Positions 11,383 to 21,513 of a stretch of 64,000 nt of DNA are shown here, in pieces. Origin of the DNA: Spirochaetia bacterium (GTDB lineage: Bacteria > Spirochaetota > Spirochaetia > SZUA-6 > Bin103); NCBI GenBank assembly GCA_965203055.1, contig OZ241863.1:3808001-3872000 (forward strand), in the 5' to 3' direction. The translations under genes and the position numbers were made by a program. The notes beneath the pieces are model-generated. The model did no database searches, was not told the origin of the DNA, and saw only the letters and a list, made by a program, of their open reading frames with translations. The first letter of the stretch is position 1, and each line of letters opens with the position of its first letter.

Positions 11383-12742
11383 CATAAGCGCTAACTTATT
11401 GTAGGTCACTCGAAGTTACTCCCAAAGCTGAGGCAGACGCCGCCGAGGCGGCTCGGCCAACGCCCGCGAGATGGCGGGCCAGTCGTCGACCAAGTGGGCC
11501 AGCGGCAACGCAGGTTCGATGGTGCGGGTGAGCTGGTTAAGCACGAACTTGAATTCACGCCACGCGCTGCGTGGTCGCTTTTGGCGCCAACTCGTATCCC
11601 CAGGGGGAAATAGCGCTGGCATGGCGGATCAGCTTATCGACCAGGAGCGCGACCAGCAGTTTGCCATACAGCCATGCCTTCGCGCTGTCATCGTCGTATT
11701 TCGGCAGATGGCCCAACTGGGCTAGCGATTTGAACCGCTTGAACACCAACTCCACCTGCCAGCGAATGCGATACCACTCCAGAATCTGGGCGGCACTGAA
11801 CGTGGCGGCGGGAAAGGTAGTGAACACGATTACGTACTCGGCGAAGGTCAGGGTGTCCGGCTGCGCCTGCTTGCTCTTGCGGGCTGCATCCTGGAGCACC
11901 TTGCGGTGCGCCAGCTTGATTGCGGCGGCGGATTTGCGGAGCGCGCAGACCCGTCCCCCCACGCGCTCCGCAGCGCCGACCATGACTTGGGTGGTCCATG
12001 ACTTGGCCGCGCCGGCACGCTGCACCGAGGTGACTGCGGCCAGCAAATCAAACGGCTCGCCCTGGCCGGTTTGCAGCCGCAGGGCTCCGGTATTGATGCG
12101 CACGATGAGTTGACCGCCGGCATCCGCCACATAGCCGATGCCGCGCGCCGTCGAATAGCCGCGATCGGCCAGGACATGGTCCCCGGCGCGGACCGGGAAC
12201 TGGGCCAACGATTCGCCAGTGCCCGGCCCCTCGGTGGGCGTGAGCTTGAAAAAGTCGCACGCCAGCGACGGCAGGCACACACTATAGTGGATGCGCCACA
12301 GCGTGCCGGTCTTGCCGGGTTCCTTGACGGTAGTCGCATCAAAGGCCCTGACTTGAAAGCCGCCGCCGGTGGCCACCGCGATGCCGTGTTCCTGAAACAG
12401 TCTGACACACAACGCGTACAACCACTCCTTTGACTTCCTCAGGCGCTTGAGCAGCGCCACATCGGATAGATCGGCGAGTTCGGCCTGCCGCGCTCGCACC
12501 ACGGTTTCCCGCAAGGAGTGCCCGCAGCCAAGATGGATCAACAGGGTACGCAGCAGATTGTCAACCGATTTGTCCTTGCGCAGCCCCTTCAGCGCCCCGG
12601 TGTCGTCCGCCAACTCCCGCCAATCACTCGGCAGGAACGACACCAGCAGTTCCCAGTCCTCCTTCACCCGCTTGCCCTCCTCCCAGTCGCGTAGCGCACG
12701 ATACGCTATTCAGGAAGTAGAGTCAACAAGTTAGCGCTTATG
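11383..12742 (-). mobile_element. IS4-family insertion sequence (1360 bp)
   Basis: Terminal inverted repeats CATAAGCGCTAACTTATTG (11383) and CAACAAGTTAGCGCTTATG (ends 12742), 18/19 match, enclosing a DDE transposase. Confidence 0.9.
11555..12667 (-). CDS. IS4-family DDE transposase
   Basis: AFDATT, LADRGY, and YRIRWQVELVFKRFK (YREK signature). Confidence 0.93.
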   Translation of the reverse strand: MKEDWELLVSFLPSDWRELADDTGALKGLRKDKSVDNLLRTLLIHLGCGHSLRETVVRARQAELADLSDVALLKRLRKSKEWLYALCVRLFQEHGIAVATGGGFQVRAFDATTVKEPGKTGTLWRIHYSVCLPSLACDFFKLTPTEGPGTGESLAQFPVRAGDHVLADRGYSTARGIGYVADAGGQLIVRINTGALRLQTGQGEPFDLLAAVTSVQRAGAAKSWTTQVMVGAAERVGGRVCALRKSAAAIKLAHRKVLQDAARKSKQAQPDTLTFAEYVIVFTTFPAATFSAAQILEWYRIRWQVELVFKRFKSLAQLGHLPKYDDDSAKAWLYGKLLVALLVDKLIRHASAISPWGYELAPKATTQRVA

Positions 12743-12755
12743 GGGGGGGGGGGGC

Positions 12756-13393
12756 TCAGACGGCGGCTATTCCCCCAGACTGGCGAGAGGGTGTACGCAT
12801 CTCCCGGTTCGTCATCCTGCGGAACCGTCCACTCCTCTCCTTCTCCAGGCGATTCGACACTTCGACCATGATGCCATGAACCGTGTCGGGCCACTCCACG
12901 GCGAACGCTTCGGGCTTGGCGGAGGCGGTATCCCTGCGGAAGTAGATCGCTCCAACCCCTCCATCCATCTGCCGGTGCTGAAGACTCACGATCTTGTTGA
13001 AGCGTACCCGGAATGTGCTTCCGCTCCTGACATCATTCGAGGCGAAGTAAACATGCTTGGTGATAACAGCCAACACGCCCGGTCGCTGAACCGGACAGGA
13101 GTATCTACTGTCCTTCCCTTGAGACTCCTACCGGTACGACACTCCCTTCATCACGCGAAGGCTGACTCCCGCGAACTGGCGCGGTACTCGCGTTCGGTCT
13201 TTCCGTACATGGCTTCGCACGCCCACACCAGACTGTCGGACTTCAGAATCTGAACGGAAGGGCTGGGCAACGGACAGTTGGCAAACTCCATCTGAGACGT
13301 GTTCGAGTATGTCCTCCACAATCCTTCGGTTCGAGTGCTTCTGTTCTTCCGCTTCTTGTCGCCGGCGACGGACCTCTTGCCGTTTCTAGTCAA
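12756..13393 (-). pseudogene. fragmented hypothetical gene (possibly bPH-like)
   Basis: Protein-like segments in different frames (GVSLRVMKGVSYR; LAVITKHVYF...FRVRFNKIVSL), separated by frameshifts or stops. Confidence 0.45.
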
Positions 13394-13540
13394 CCTCTCG
13401 CTGCCTTTGGGTCACCGCTCTCCGCTTCTCTAGTCTAGTGCCGATACCGGTCATACGCGCGGGCCGGGTGAAATCCATGCGGAGAGATGAGAGGTGTTCA
13501 GAAGCTACAGGCGGAATCGGGCCACCTCGAAGGCACCGGG

Positions 13541-13840
13541 CTATGCCGTAAAATCCCGCCCGAAGGCGAGGAGTCGATCAGTTGGTTCCTTGACGAGTCT
13601 CAAGGACCCTATTCCTGCCATCCTACGAGCAGTCACGTCAGCAATACCTTCAGGGTAAAGCTCAACAGCAGCCGGACTCCACACCTTCAATTCCCCATCC
13701 TCAACAAAATGAGCCGCGCCGGCTTCTTCAGACACTACTATGCTCATAGCAGGATGATTGATACATGGAATAATAGTACACCTCCGTACGCATTTTCCAA
13801 ACTCGTTGAGTCCCTTGTACGAAACTACCTTCTCTCCCAC
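13541..13840 (-). CDS. hypothetical protein
   Basis: GTG start behind a GAAGGAG RBS, directly downstream of element 4. Confidence 0.55.
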   Translation of the reverse strand: MGEKVVSYKGLNEFGKCVRRCTIIPCINHPAMSIVVSEEAGAAHFVEDGELKVWSPAAVELYPEGIADVTARRMAGIGSLRLVKEPTDRLLAFGRDFTA

Positions 13841-13873
13841 TTACTGGTCTCCTTCACCGCCAGTTGCGGCTTG

Positions 13874-13919
13874 ACCAGCGGGCGGAATCGAACCGCCCGT
13901 CACGCCACCAGGCGCTGGC
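13874..13919 (-). ncRNA. mini-tRNA-like element 4
   Basis: GCCAGC-GCCTGGTGGC-GTGAC-GGGCGG TTCGATT CCGCCC-GCTGGT. Confidence 0.6.
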
Positions 13920-14049
13920 TCGAAGGGAGGGGGACGAGCCCCTCCCGGTCGTCGTCGATCAGCACTTCTGGTATGCTTCCCGGAAGCCGTCCAGGTCGAA
14001 CACCAGCTTCTTCGGCGTCTGGTGGTCCTCCATGTCGCCAGCTAACCGG

Positions 14050-15034
14050 CTACGGCCGGCTCTCGGTGATGGTGACCTGCGCGGCGAGCTGCCGAACGAG
14101 GTCGCGAGTCACCAGGCCCGGCACCACCGACCGGCAGTTGGCGCTGCCGCAGGCCGCGGCGAAGCGCGCGGCAAACGCCACGTCGGTGTGCTCCAGGCGC
14201 AGCGGCGCCGCGACCGCGCCGCCCGCGGCGGTGACCATCGCGGCCAGCACCCCGGCTGCCGCGGCATCGCCGCTGCCGGTGGAATTGACCACCGGCACGG
14301 CCGGCGCCGCGGCGCGCACCAACCGCGCGCCGTCGTATGCCCCCAGGCCCTCGGCCCCGGCGGTGACGATCACCCACTGCACCCCATGGCGGTCGCGCAG
14401 CCGGCGGCAGGCGGCGGCGCGCGCCGCCGCGGTGGGCAGCGGCGTTCCCGCCAGCTCGGCCAGCTCCGCGCGGTTGACCTTGAGTATCGCCGGCGCGGCT
14501 GCCAGGGCGGCGCGGCCGTGGCCGCGGTAGGCGTCCAGCAGCGTCACCAGCCCGCGCCGCCGCGCCCGCCGCACCATCTCGGCGTACACCTCGCGCCGCG
14601 CGCCGCCGATCGCGGTGCCGGAAATCACTACGGCCGCAGCGCTCTCCAGCAACTCGTCGTACGCTTCCGCGAAGCGCTCCTGCGCGGCGCCGTCCGCCGC
14701 CGCGGCCGGTTCCACCAGTTCGGTCACCTGCCGCGCCGCCCCGGCGGGCCCCTCCAGCAGGGTGACGCAGGTGCGGGTGTCGGCCGCCGTCTCCACCACC
14801 CGCGCGGCGATTCCCTCATCCCGCAGGGCGGCGCGCATGCGGCGGCCGTTGGCGCCGCCGAGATACGCCAGCAGCGTCGCCGGCAGTCCCAGGGCGGTGA
14901 GCGCGCGCCACGTTGATCCCCTTGCCGGCGGCCGCCCGCCGCACCTCCCGCACCCGATTCACCGCTCCCGCGGTGACGCGCTCGAACCGGTAGATGAGCT
15001 GCCACGCGCAATTCTGGCCGCATACCAGGATCAT
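14050..15034 (-). CDS. 1-phosphofructokinase-family (PfkB) hexose kinase; frameshift at about 14901-14908
   Basis: MILVCGQN...AAGKGINVARA in one frame; LKVNRAEL and VNSTGSGDA in another. One GC unit is missing from a (GC)n run. Confidence 0.85.
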
Positions 15035-15103
15035 GCCCTGCCTCCCTTGCGCCGCAGCCGGCCGCGCCCTACCCTGCCGCCAGACCTTCAGGTCGCCTCG
15101 CAC

Positions 15104-15988
15104 ATGAAATATCTCGGCGCTCACTTATCCACCGCCGGAGGCGTGCGCACCGCGCCGCAACGGGCGCAGGCCCTCGGCGCCACGGCGTTCGCCATCTTCA
15201 CCCGCAACCAGCGGCGCTGGGAGGCCAAGCCCCTCACCGAGGAGGAGGCCCGCGCCTTCCGCGAACAATGCGCGGCGGTCGGCATCCCGCTGCAGCGGGT
15301 ACTGCCGCACGCCGGGTATCTGATCAACCTGGGCGCGCCCGACGCGGCGGTGGTCCGCAAGTCGCAGGCGGCCTTCCTGGACGAGTTCGAACGCTGCCGC
15401 CGGCTCGGACTACGCTGCCTGAACTTTCACCCCGGCAGTCACCTCGGCAAGATGGACGACGCGGCGTGCATGGACCAGATCACCGCGTTTCTCAATCGGG
15501 CCATCGCCGAGATTCCCGAGGTGACCCCGGTCTACGAATGCACCGCCGGCCAGGGCAGCCACCTGGGCCGCACCTTCGCGCAGCTCGCCGGCCTGATCGA
15601 CCGCATCGAAGACAAGTCGCGCATCGGCGTGTGCCTGGACACCTGCCACCTGCACGCCGCCGGCTACGATCTCACCACCGCCGCGGCGTACGAGCGTACC
15701 ATGCGGGAGTTCGAGCAGGTGGTGGGCCTGCGCTACCTGGCCGGCGCGCATCTCAACGACTCCAAGACCGGGCTCGGCAGCCGGGTGGACCGCCACGCCA
15801 GCCTCGGCCGCGGCACCATGGGTTGGGAGCCGTTCCGCCTGCTGATGAACGATCCCCGCTTCGACGACCTGCCGCTGATCACCGAGACCGTGGACCCCGA
15901 TCTGTGGGCCGAGGAACTGACCCGGCTGCGCGCACTCGTCGGCCGCACCGAGGCCTGCGCGCCGCCGCAAGGCCGGTCCGAGCCGTAA
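15104..15988 (+). CDS. nfo: endonuclease IV
   Basis: LGAHLSTAGG, HAGYLINL, NFHPGSH, CLDTCH, HLNDSK, DRHASLG. Confidence 0.95.
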   Translation: MKYLGAHLSTAGGVRTAPQRAQALGATAFAIFTRNQRRWEAKPLTEEEARAFREQCAAVGIPLQRVLPHAGYLINLGAPDAAVVRKSQAAFLDEFERCRRLGLRCLNFHPGSHLGKMDDAACMDQITAFLNRAIAEIPEVTPVYECTAGQGSHLGRTFAQLAGLIDRIEDKSRIGVCLDTCHLHAAGYDLTTAAAYERTMREFEQVVGLRYLAGAHLNDSKTGLGSRVDRHASLGRGTMGWEPFRLLMNDPRFDDLPLITETVDPDLWAEELTRLRALVGRTEACAPPQGRSEP

Positions 15989-16009
15989 CGTAACGGCCGC
16001 GGCCGGCCG

Positions 16010-16402
16010 TCAATCCGGCAGCAGGGGCGCCGCCCGAAGCACGATCTGGAACGCCACGCCCCACGGATCGCGCAGGAACAGCAGGACGTCGCCCGCCGGG
16101 TTGTGGACCGGATCACCGTCCACCGCGGCGCCGGCCGCCACCAGCCGGTCGCGGTCCGCCTCCAGGTCGTCGGTGAGGAACGCCAAGTGCACCTGATAGC
16201 GGTCGCGCGCGCTCCACTGCGGCGGCGCCGGGTCCTCCCAGGTATACAGTTCCAGCATGCTGCGCCCGGCCGAGTCGGCGACGAAGGTAGCGTACGGCGG
16301 AGAGTCGCCGGCGCTCGTGACCTGCATCCCCAGATGCTCTACGTACCACGCGGCCATGGCGCGGACATCAGGAACGTTGAGGGCAACGTGTTCCAGTCTC
16401 AT
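16010..16402 (-). CDS. VOC/glyoxalase family protein
   Basis: LEHVALNVPD, HLAFLTDD, FLRDPWG. Confidence 0.88.
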   Translation of the reverse strand: MRLEHVALNVPDVRAMAAWYVEHLGMQVTSAGDSPPYATFVADSAGRSMLELYTWEDPAPPQWSARDRYQVHLAFLTDDLEADRDRLVAAGAAVDGDPVHNPAGDVLLFLRDPWGVAFQIVLRAAPLLPD

Positions 16403-16441
16403 GGCCCTACGCTACCCCGCCGCCCGCCCGCCCTGCCAGTC

Positions 16442-17368
16442 CTACTCCTCCGGTGGGCCGGCGGTGGTGAATGCCTCCAGGAAGTCGTTTACCATCCACA
16501 CGAACAGCAGGAACGGGTAGTCGGAGCCGGAGGAGGTGGCCGGGTAGCTGTTGCCGTCACGGGCGAACACCCGCAGCGTATGGGCGGCGCCGGCCTCGGT
16601 GTTCAAGGTCAGCTCCAGCGCCTCGCTGCCCGGCTGCGGCGCGGCCTCGGCGAAGCGGAAGGTGCTGAGGTTGGCGAGGCGCTGCAGTGACTCTTCGACC
16701 TTGGCCGTGTCCCACGCCGCGCCGTCGGCGGTCACCCACTCGGCGGCCGCGTCCTCCTCCAGGGAGGGGCGCTTGCGCAGCATCAGCTCCTCGCCGGGGC
16801 TGCGCGCCACGATCTCGCCCACCGTCGCCGCGTCCACGGTCAACACCAGCTTGTCGCGCAGCACGTCGCTCGTCACCGGGAAGTAGTTGCCCAGGTCGCC
16901 GGCCGCCTGATACACGCGGCGGTCGCCTTCCAGCTTGACGTAGGTGTGCTGGTAGGTACGCGCCTCCTTGCCGATTTCGACCGTGCGCAGCACCTCGCCG
17001 CCGCCGTAGGCGGTGACCCGCAACGCGGAGTCGGGATCCAGCTCGAAGCGGCTGTAGGCGGCGTACTCCGACACCAGGTCGGTTACCCGGATGTCAGCCA
17101 GCATCCGCAGCATGGTGTCCACCTGCGGCGCGGCCGCGGGGAAATCCTCCGGTTCCAGCACCCAGGCATCGCCCTCGCGCCGTACCGCCATGGTGCGCTC
17201 ACCCTTGGTCACCTCGACGCGGTCCACCTCCGCCACCGCCAGCTCAGGCAGCTGCGGCAGGTCGTAGAGCAGCCGGTCGCGGTTGCGCAGTCCCAGGTAG
17301 AGCACCATTCCCACGATGATGAGCGCCGGCAGGGCGTAGCGCGTCAGCACGCGTTCCAGCGTCATCAC
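16442..17368 (-). CDS. DUF4340 domain membrane-anchored protein
   Basis: N-terminal TM segment, IGKE..TYVK..VY motif; last gene of the Gld-like ABC operon. Confidence 0.75.
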   Translation of the reverse strand: MMTLERVLTRYALPALIIVGMVLYLGLRNRDRLLYDLPQLPELAVAEVDRVEVTKGERTMAVRREGDAWVLEPEDFPAAAPQVDTMLRMLADIRVTDLVSEYAAYSRFELDPDSALRVTAYGGGEVLRTVEIGKEARTYQHTYVKLEGDRRVYQAAGDLGNYFPVTSDVLRDKLVLTVDAATVGEIVARSPGEELMLRKRPSLEEDAAAEWVTADGAAWDTAKVEESLQRLANLSTFRFAEAAPQPGSEALELTLNTEAGAAHTLRVFARDGNSYPATSSGSDYPFLLFVWMVNDFLEAFTTAGPPEE

Positions 17369-19635
17369 GACGCCTCCCCGCCGCCCGCGCCGCCGCTCTT
17401 GCCGCCGCCGCTCTTGCCGGCTCCGCCCTTGGCAGGTCCGCGCCGGGCGGCGCCCCCGACCCCCGGCGCCCCGCCGCCGGCGTCAGCCTGCACACCCGCG
17501 CCCGCGCCGGCGGCGTACAGCATGCGAATGCGGCGGCGGCGCACTTCGCCCAGCGCCCATACCAGGACGCCGGCCACCACCACCAGCGCCGGCAGGCCGG
17601 CCACGGCGAAAGTCTTGATGGCGGTGCGCGCCGGCGGCTCCAGGACCCGCAGCGGGCGCAGGCGCCGTCCCTTGGTACGCATCAACGCGCGGTCTTCACG
17701 GCCGTTCATGGCGTCGATCAGGTTGAGCACGAACAGGGCGTTGGAGTTGCGCCCCTGGACGTCGATGAAGCCGCTGCCCAGGATGGCGGAAGTTCCCACC
17801 ACGAACAGCGTCCCCTCCCCCTCCGGGGTAAAGCTCTGCTCGGCCTGCAGTTCGTCCGCCGAGATCACCGGTGCCGTATCTTCCTCGTCCGGCTCGGCGC
17901 GCGGCTTCTGCGGAATCTCGCGGTCCGCGAAGTAGCTGGTAAAGGTGCCTTCGGCCAGGACCGCCAGCGGAAACGCGGCGCGCTCATCCGCGCCCGGCGG
18001 CGTCGCCCCCATCAGGTCGATCCGCTCCGCCATCTCCCAGGCGGTGGGCGAGGTGCGCAGCGCCTCGGTGTAGGCAACTCCTTCCTGCCGGCCGCTCACC
18101 ACCTCCAGCGGCGAGACGTTGAGCATGACCAACTCCTCCAGATTGGTGAGGAACGGCACTTCCTGATCGATCTGCGCTTCCTTCAACAACGGCGCGAAGT
18201 AGATCTCGCTCTCCACCCAGCCGCCGCGCGGCGACGGCTGGCGCTGCACGAAGGATTGCTCGTCGAGCACGTAGGACTGCTTGAGACCGATTCCGTAGTG
18301 CTCCAGCATCGCCTCCAGACCGGTCTCGCGCGGCAGGTAGAACGCGCCCCCGCCGCCGAACGCGCCGCCCTGGTTCACGAAGATGTCGTGCGAGTCCAGG
18401 AACAGCATCAGCGACCCGCCGCGCAGCAGGAACTGGTCGATCTGAAACAGCGCCCATTCGTTGAGCGGCTCCTGCGGCCCCACCACCAGCATGCTGCGCA
18501 GACCCTCCGGCACCTCCCGCTCCTCCAGCAGCAGGCCGCGGTAGGTGTACTCCGGCGATACCAGTTGGAACAGGTTGGCGAGCTCCGCCTCCACCACCTC
18601 GGTCGGGGTGTTGGGGTTGGCGCGCCCGCGGTAGGGCGGCGTCTCGAAGTCGGCCAGGTAGCCCATCTCCTCCTGGGTGCCGAGCAGGTTCTTGAGGGTG
18701 TCGTCCAGGGAGCGGCGAATGGTCTCCGAATCGGCGATCTGGTAGCCCACGATGCTGCCCTGCAGCAGGTTCATGGTGATGGTGGTGCCGGCGGAGGTGA
18801 CCGACAAGCCGGCGTAGGCCAGCTCGTCGCTGCCGTCGGGCGCCTGGAGCTGCAGCGGCGCCAAGCGCAGCCGGGTCGCCTCCTCCAGCGGCACCGACTC
18901 GGCGTCGGCATCGACGTGCTCGAACTGCAGGCGGTCGAAGTAGCCGGCGTTGAGCTCCTTGACCAACCCTTCGATCTCCGCCGGGACCTGATCCACCCCC
19001 GGCGCCAGCATGGCCAGCGCCGACGAGAAGTAGAGCCGCACCTCGATGTCCTCCTCCAGGGCCAGCAGGCGGCTGATGCGCTCGGTGAGCTTGGTGATCG
19101 CCTCGGTGATGGTGAGCTCCAACTGATCGGTAGCGGTAATCGACGGGATGGTCTCGATCAGGTCGCCGTGAATCAGCGCCATGCCGGTGTAGGCCGTGCT
19201 CAGCGTCACCTCGTCGCGGTCGAGCTGCTCGATCTGGATCGGATAGATCAGGTATTGGCGCGCCAGTTCCTCGTTGGCGATCGCCTCCTCCTGCCCCACC
19301 TCCTCGGCCCCCATCGGGATGAACTGATAGTTGAACAACTCACCGCCGTACACCGCGTACTCGTCCAACAGGTCGCGCACCGCCTGCTCCACCGTGTTGT
19401 AGGGCGCCGGCAGGTTGGGGGTGAAGAAGGCGCGGATCGTAAGCGGTTCGCGCAGCGCGGAAACCGCGTCGATGCTCGGCGGCGACAGGGCGTGAAGGCC
19501 GCCCTCGGTCAGGTCGAAGCGCCGGAACAGGCCCGACGCGGAGGAGACGTTGATCATCACCACGGCGCCGAGAAACAGCGCGATCTCCAGCACCCGCAGG
19601 CCGGTGCGCAACGGGCGGTTCGGGAGGCCCCTCAT
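17365..19635 (-). CDS. GldG-like ABC transporter auxiliary component
   Basis: RFDLTEGGLHALS, IRAFFTPNLP, IDQFLLRGG; N- and C-terminal TM segments. Confidence 0.85.
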   Translation of the reverse strand: MRGLPNRPLRTGLRVLEIALFLGAVVMINVSSASGLFRRFDLTEGGLHALSPPSIDAVSALREPLTIRAFFTPNLPAPYNTVEQAVRDLLDEYAVYGGELFNYQFIPMGAEEVGQEEAIANEELARQYLIYPIQIEQLDRDEVTLSTAYTGMALIHGDLIETIPSITATDQLELTITEAITKLTERISRLLALEEDIEVRLYFSSALAMLAPGVDQVPAEIEGLVKELNAGYFDRLQFEHVDADAESVPLEEATRLRLAPLQLQAPDGSDELAYAGLSVTSAGTTITMNLLQGSIVGYQIADSETIRRSLDDTLKNLLGTQEEMGYLADFETPPYRGRANPNTPTEVVEAELANLFQLVSPEYTYRGLLLEEREVPEGLRSMLVVGPQEPLNEWALFQIDQFLLRGGSLMLFLDSHDIFVNQGGAFGGGGAFYLPRETGLEAMLEHYGIGLKQSYVLDEQSFVQRQPSPRGGWVESEIYFAPLLKEAQIDQEVPFLTNLEELVMLNVSPLEVVSGRQEGVAYTEALRTSPTAWEMAERIDLMGATPPGADERAAFPLAVLAEGTFTSYFADREIPQKPRAEPDEEDTAPVISADELQAEQSFTPEGEGTLFVVGTSAILGSGFIDVQGRNSNALFVLNLIDAMNGREDRALMRTKGRRLRPLRVLEPPARTAIKTFAVAGLPALVVVAGVLVWALGEVRRRRIRMLYAAGAGAGVQADAGGGAPGVGGAARRGPAKGGAGKSGGGKSGGAGGGEAS

Positions 19636-20339
19636 ATGCGGCGCTCCACCACCAGGTTGGTGGCGTACAGACTGACGCCGGCGGCACTCAGGAAGTACAC
19701 CACGTCGCGCGAGTCGAGCACTCCCTTGGCGATGTTGCGGAAATGGTAGTCGGCGCCCAGGTACTGCAGCACGCCGGTGAGGGCGGCGGGCATGAAGAAC
19801 AGCACCTTGTCGATCAGCACCAGAAAGGCGCACAGCGTCAGGCCGATGATGAACGCCACGATCTGGTTCTTGGTCAACGCCGAGGCGAACAGGCCGACCG
19901 CGCAGTACAGGGCCGCCAGCAACACCGCGCCCAGGTAGCCGCCCGCCACCGGGCCGGCGTCCAGGTCGCCCAGGGCGGCGACGATGAGCGGATACGCCAG
20001 CGTAGGCACCAGCATCAGCAGGATGAACAGCAGGCTGCCGGCGAACTTGCCCAACAGCACGTCGAACCGGGTCATCGGCAGGGTGGTGAGCACCTCGTAG
20101 GAGCCGCTGCTGAACTCCTCGGCGAACACGCGCATGGTCACTGCCGGCACCACCAGCGCCAAGGTCATCGGCAGCAGGAGAAAGAACTCGCGCAGGTCGG
20201 CGCGGCCGTTGAGGAAGAAGGGGGTGAAGAAGAACCAGCCGGTCACGGTGAGAAAGATGACGATGACGATGTACGCCACCGGCGAGCCGAACGCGGCCCG
20301 CAGCTCGCGCGTCACCACCCGAAAGAAGGCCGCGCTCAT
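19632..20339 (-). CDS. ABC-2 permease (GldF-like)
   Basis: RELRAAFGSPVAY, TMRVFAEE..SGSYEVL, LTKNQIVAF. Confidence 0.9.
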   Translation of the reverse strand: MSAAFFRVVTRELRAAFGSPVAYIVIVIFLTVTGWFFFTPFFLNGRADLREFFLLLPMTLALVVPAVTMRVFAEEFSSGSYEVLTTLPMTRFDVLLGKFAGSLLFILLMLVPTLAYPLIVAALGDLDAGPVAGGYLGAVLLAALYCAVGLFASALTKNQIVAFIIGLTLCAFLVLIDKVLFFMPAALTGVLQYLGADYHFRNIAKGVLDSRDVVYFLSAAGVSLYATNLVVERRI

Positions 20340-21340
20340 GAGGCGGCCTCCCCGGCGCCCGGTTCGTGCCCGGCGGGGTCGCGGCCGCCGGGGTCGCGGC
20401 CGGCGGCGCCGGTGAGCTCGCGGAAGGTGTCTTCCAGGGAGTGGCCCTCCGAGTTCATGCCCGCCACCACCCAGTCGCGGCGCTTGATGGCGGCGTACAG
20501 CTCGCGCAGGTTCGGGCGGATGCAGGTGACGTCCACCACCAGGGCGCCGGCCGCGGGCAGCGGCGCGTTCAGCACCCGCTGGACCCGTTCGACGCCCGGC
20601 ACCTCCCGCAGGCGGCGCTGCACCTCATCCAGCGGCGCGTCCAGCAGCGCCAGCCGCACCACCATGCCGGAGACGGCGCGCGCCTTCACCAGGTCGGCGG
20701 TGCCGTCGGCCACCACCCGGCCGCGGTTGATGATCACGATGCGGTCGCAGGTGCTCTCCGCCTCGCTCAGGATGTGGGTGGAAAAGATCACCGTCTTGGC
20801 GCGCCCGGCCTCCTTGATGATGGAGCGGATCTCGACGATCTGGTTGGGGTCGAGGCCGGAGGTTGGCTCGTCCAGGATCAGGACCTCGGGATCGCTGAGC
20901 ATGGCGTGCGCCAACCCGACGCGCTGCTTGTAGCCGCGCGACAACTCGCGAAACGGGCGGTGAATCACGTCTTCGAGGCCGCACAGCTCGGTCATGGCGC
21001 GGATGCGCGCGCTGCGCCGGCGCGGGTCGAGTCGGCGCACCGCGCCGACGTACTGCAGGTAGTCGTGGACCACCATGTCGGCGTAGAGCGGGGCGAACTC
21101 CGGCAGGTAGCCGATCATGCGCTTCACCGCCAGCGGGTTCTCCGCCACGTCCATGTCCTGCACCCGCACCGAGCCGGCGGTGGGCATCAGGTAACCGGTG
21201 ACGATCCGCATGGTGGTGGTCTTGCCGGCCCCGTTGGGCCCCAGCAGGCCGAGGATCTCGCCGCGGTCGACCGCGAAGCTCACCCCGTCCAGGGCGCGGG
21301 TAACACCGTAGTCCTTGGTGAGATTGTTGATCTGGATCAT
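20336..21340 (-). CDS. ABC transporter ATP-binding protein (GldA-like)
   Basis: GPNGAGKTT, LSRGYKQRVG, ILDEPTSGLDP. Confidence 0.93.
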   Translation of the reverse strand: MIQINNLTKDYGVTRALDGVSFAVDRGEILGLLGPNGAGKTTTMRIVTGYLMPTAGSVRVQDMDVAENPLAVKRMIGYLPEFAPLYADMVVHDYLQYVGAVRRLDPRRRSARIRAMTELCGLEDVIHRPFRELSRGYKQRVGLAHAMLSDPEVLILDEPTSGLDPNQIVEIRSIIKEAGRAKTVIFSTHILSEAESTCDRIVIINRGRVVADGTADLVKARAVSGMVVRLALLDAPLDEVQRRLREVPGVERVQRVLNAPLPAAGALVVDVTCIRPNLRELYAAIKRRDWVVAGMNSEGHSLEDTFRELTGAAGRDPGGRDPAGHEPGAGEAAS

Positions 21341-21513
21341 TGAGTATTAATCTGCGCTGCCGCGGCAGCGGCCGCGCTACGCCTATGATGTACCACAATC
21401 GCGGGCCTGAGTGAATACACCGGCGCCGAAACCCGGCCGCGCGGTCCGCCGCGGCGGACCGCGCCGCGCTGGCCGGCGCCGGGCAACGGTAGCGCGGCGC
21501 GGCGGGCGGCGCT

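Larger units (their letters stand above)
9700..14040. mobile_element. degenerate phage-like genomic island (no integrase visible)
   Basis: Visibly more AT-rich than its flanks; short co-oriented minus-strand hypothetical genes and remnants, tRNA-like elements, an IS4 insertion; boundaries approximate. Confidence 0.55.

Noticed and set aside
11371..12756. Target-site duplication for the IS4 element
   Set aside because: Left flank GGGGGAGGC and right flank poly-G then C are similar but not identical; the homopolymer makes it unresolvable.
9700..14040. Intact prophage or integron
   Set aside because: No integrase, no structural genes, and no recognisable attC R-box (GTTRRRY/RYYYAAC) pattern.
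16442..21340. Gliding motility system
   Set aside because: GldA/F/G-like ABC operons with DUF4340 are widespread outside gliding bacteria; no other gld or T9SS genes are present here.
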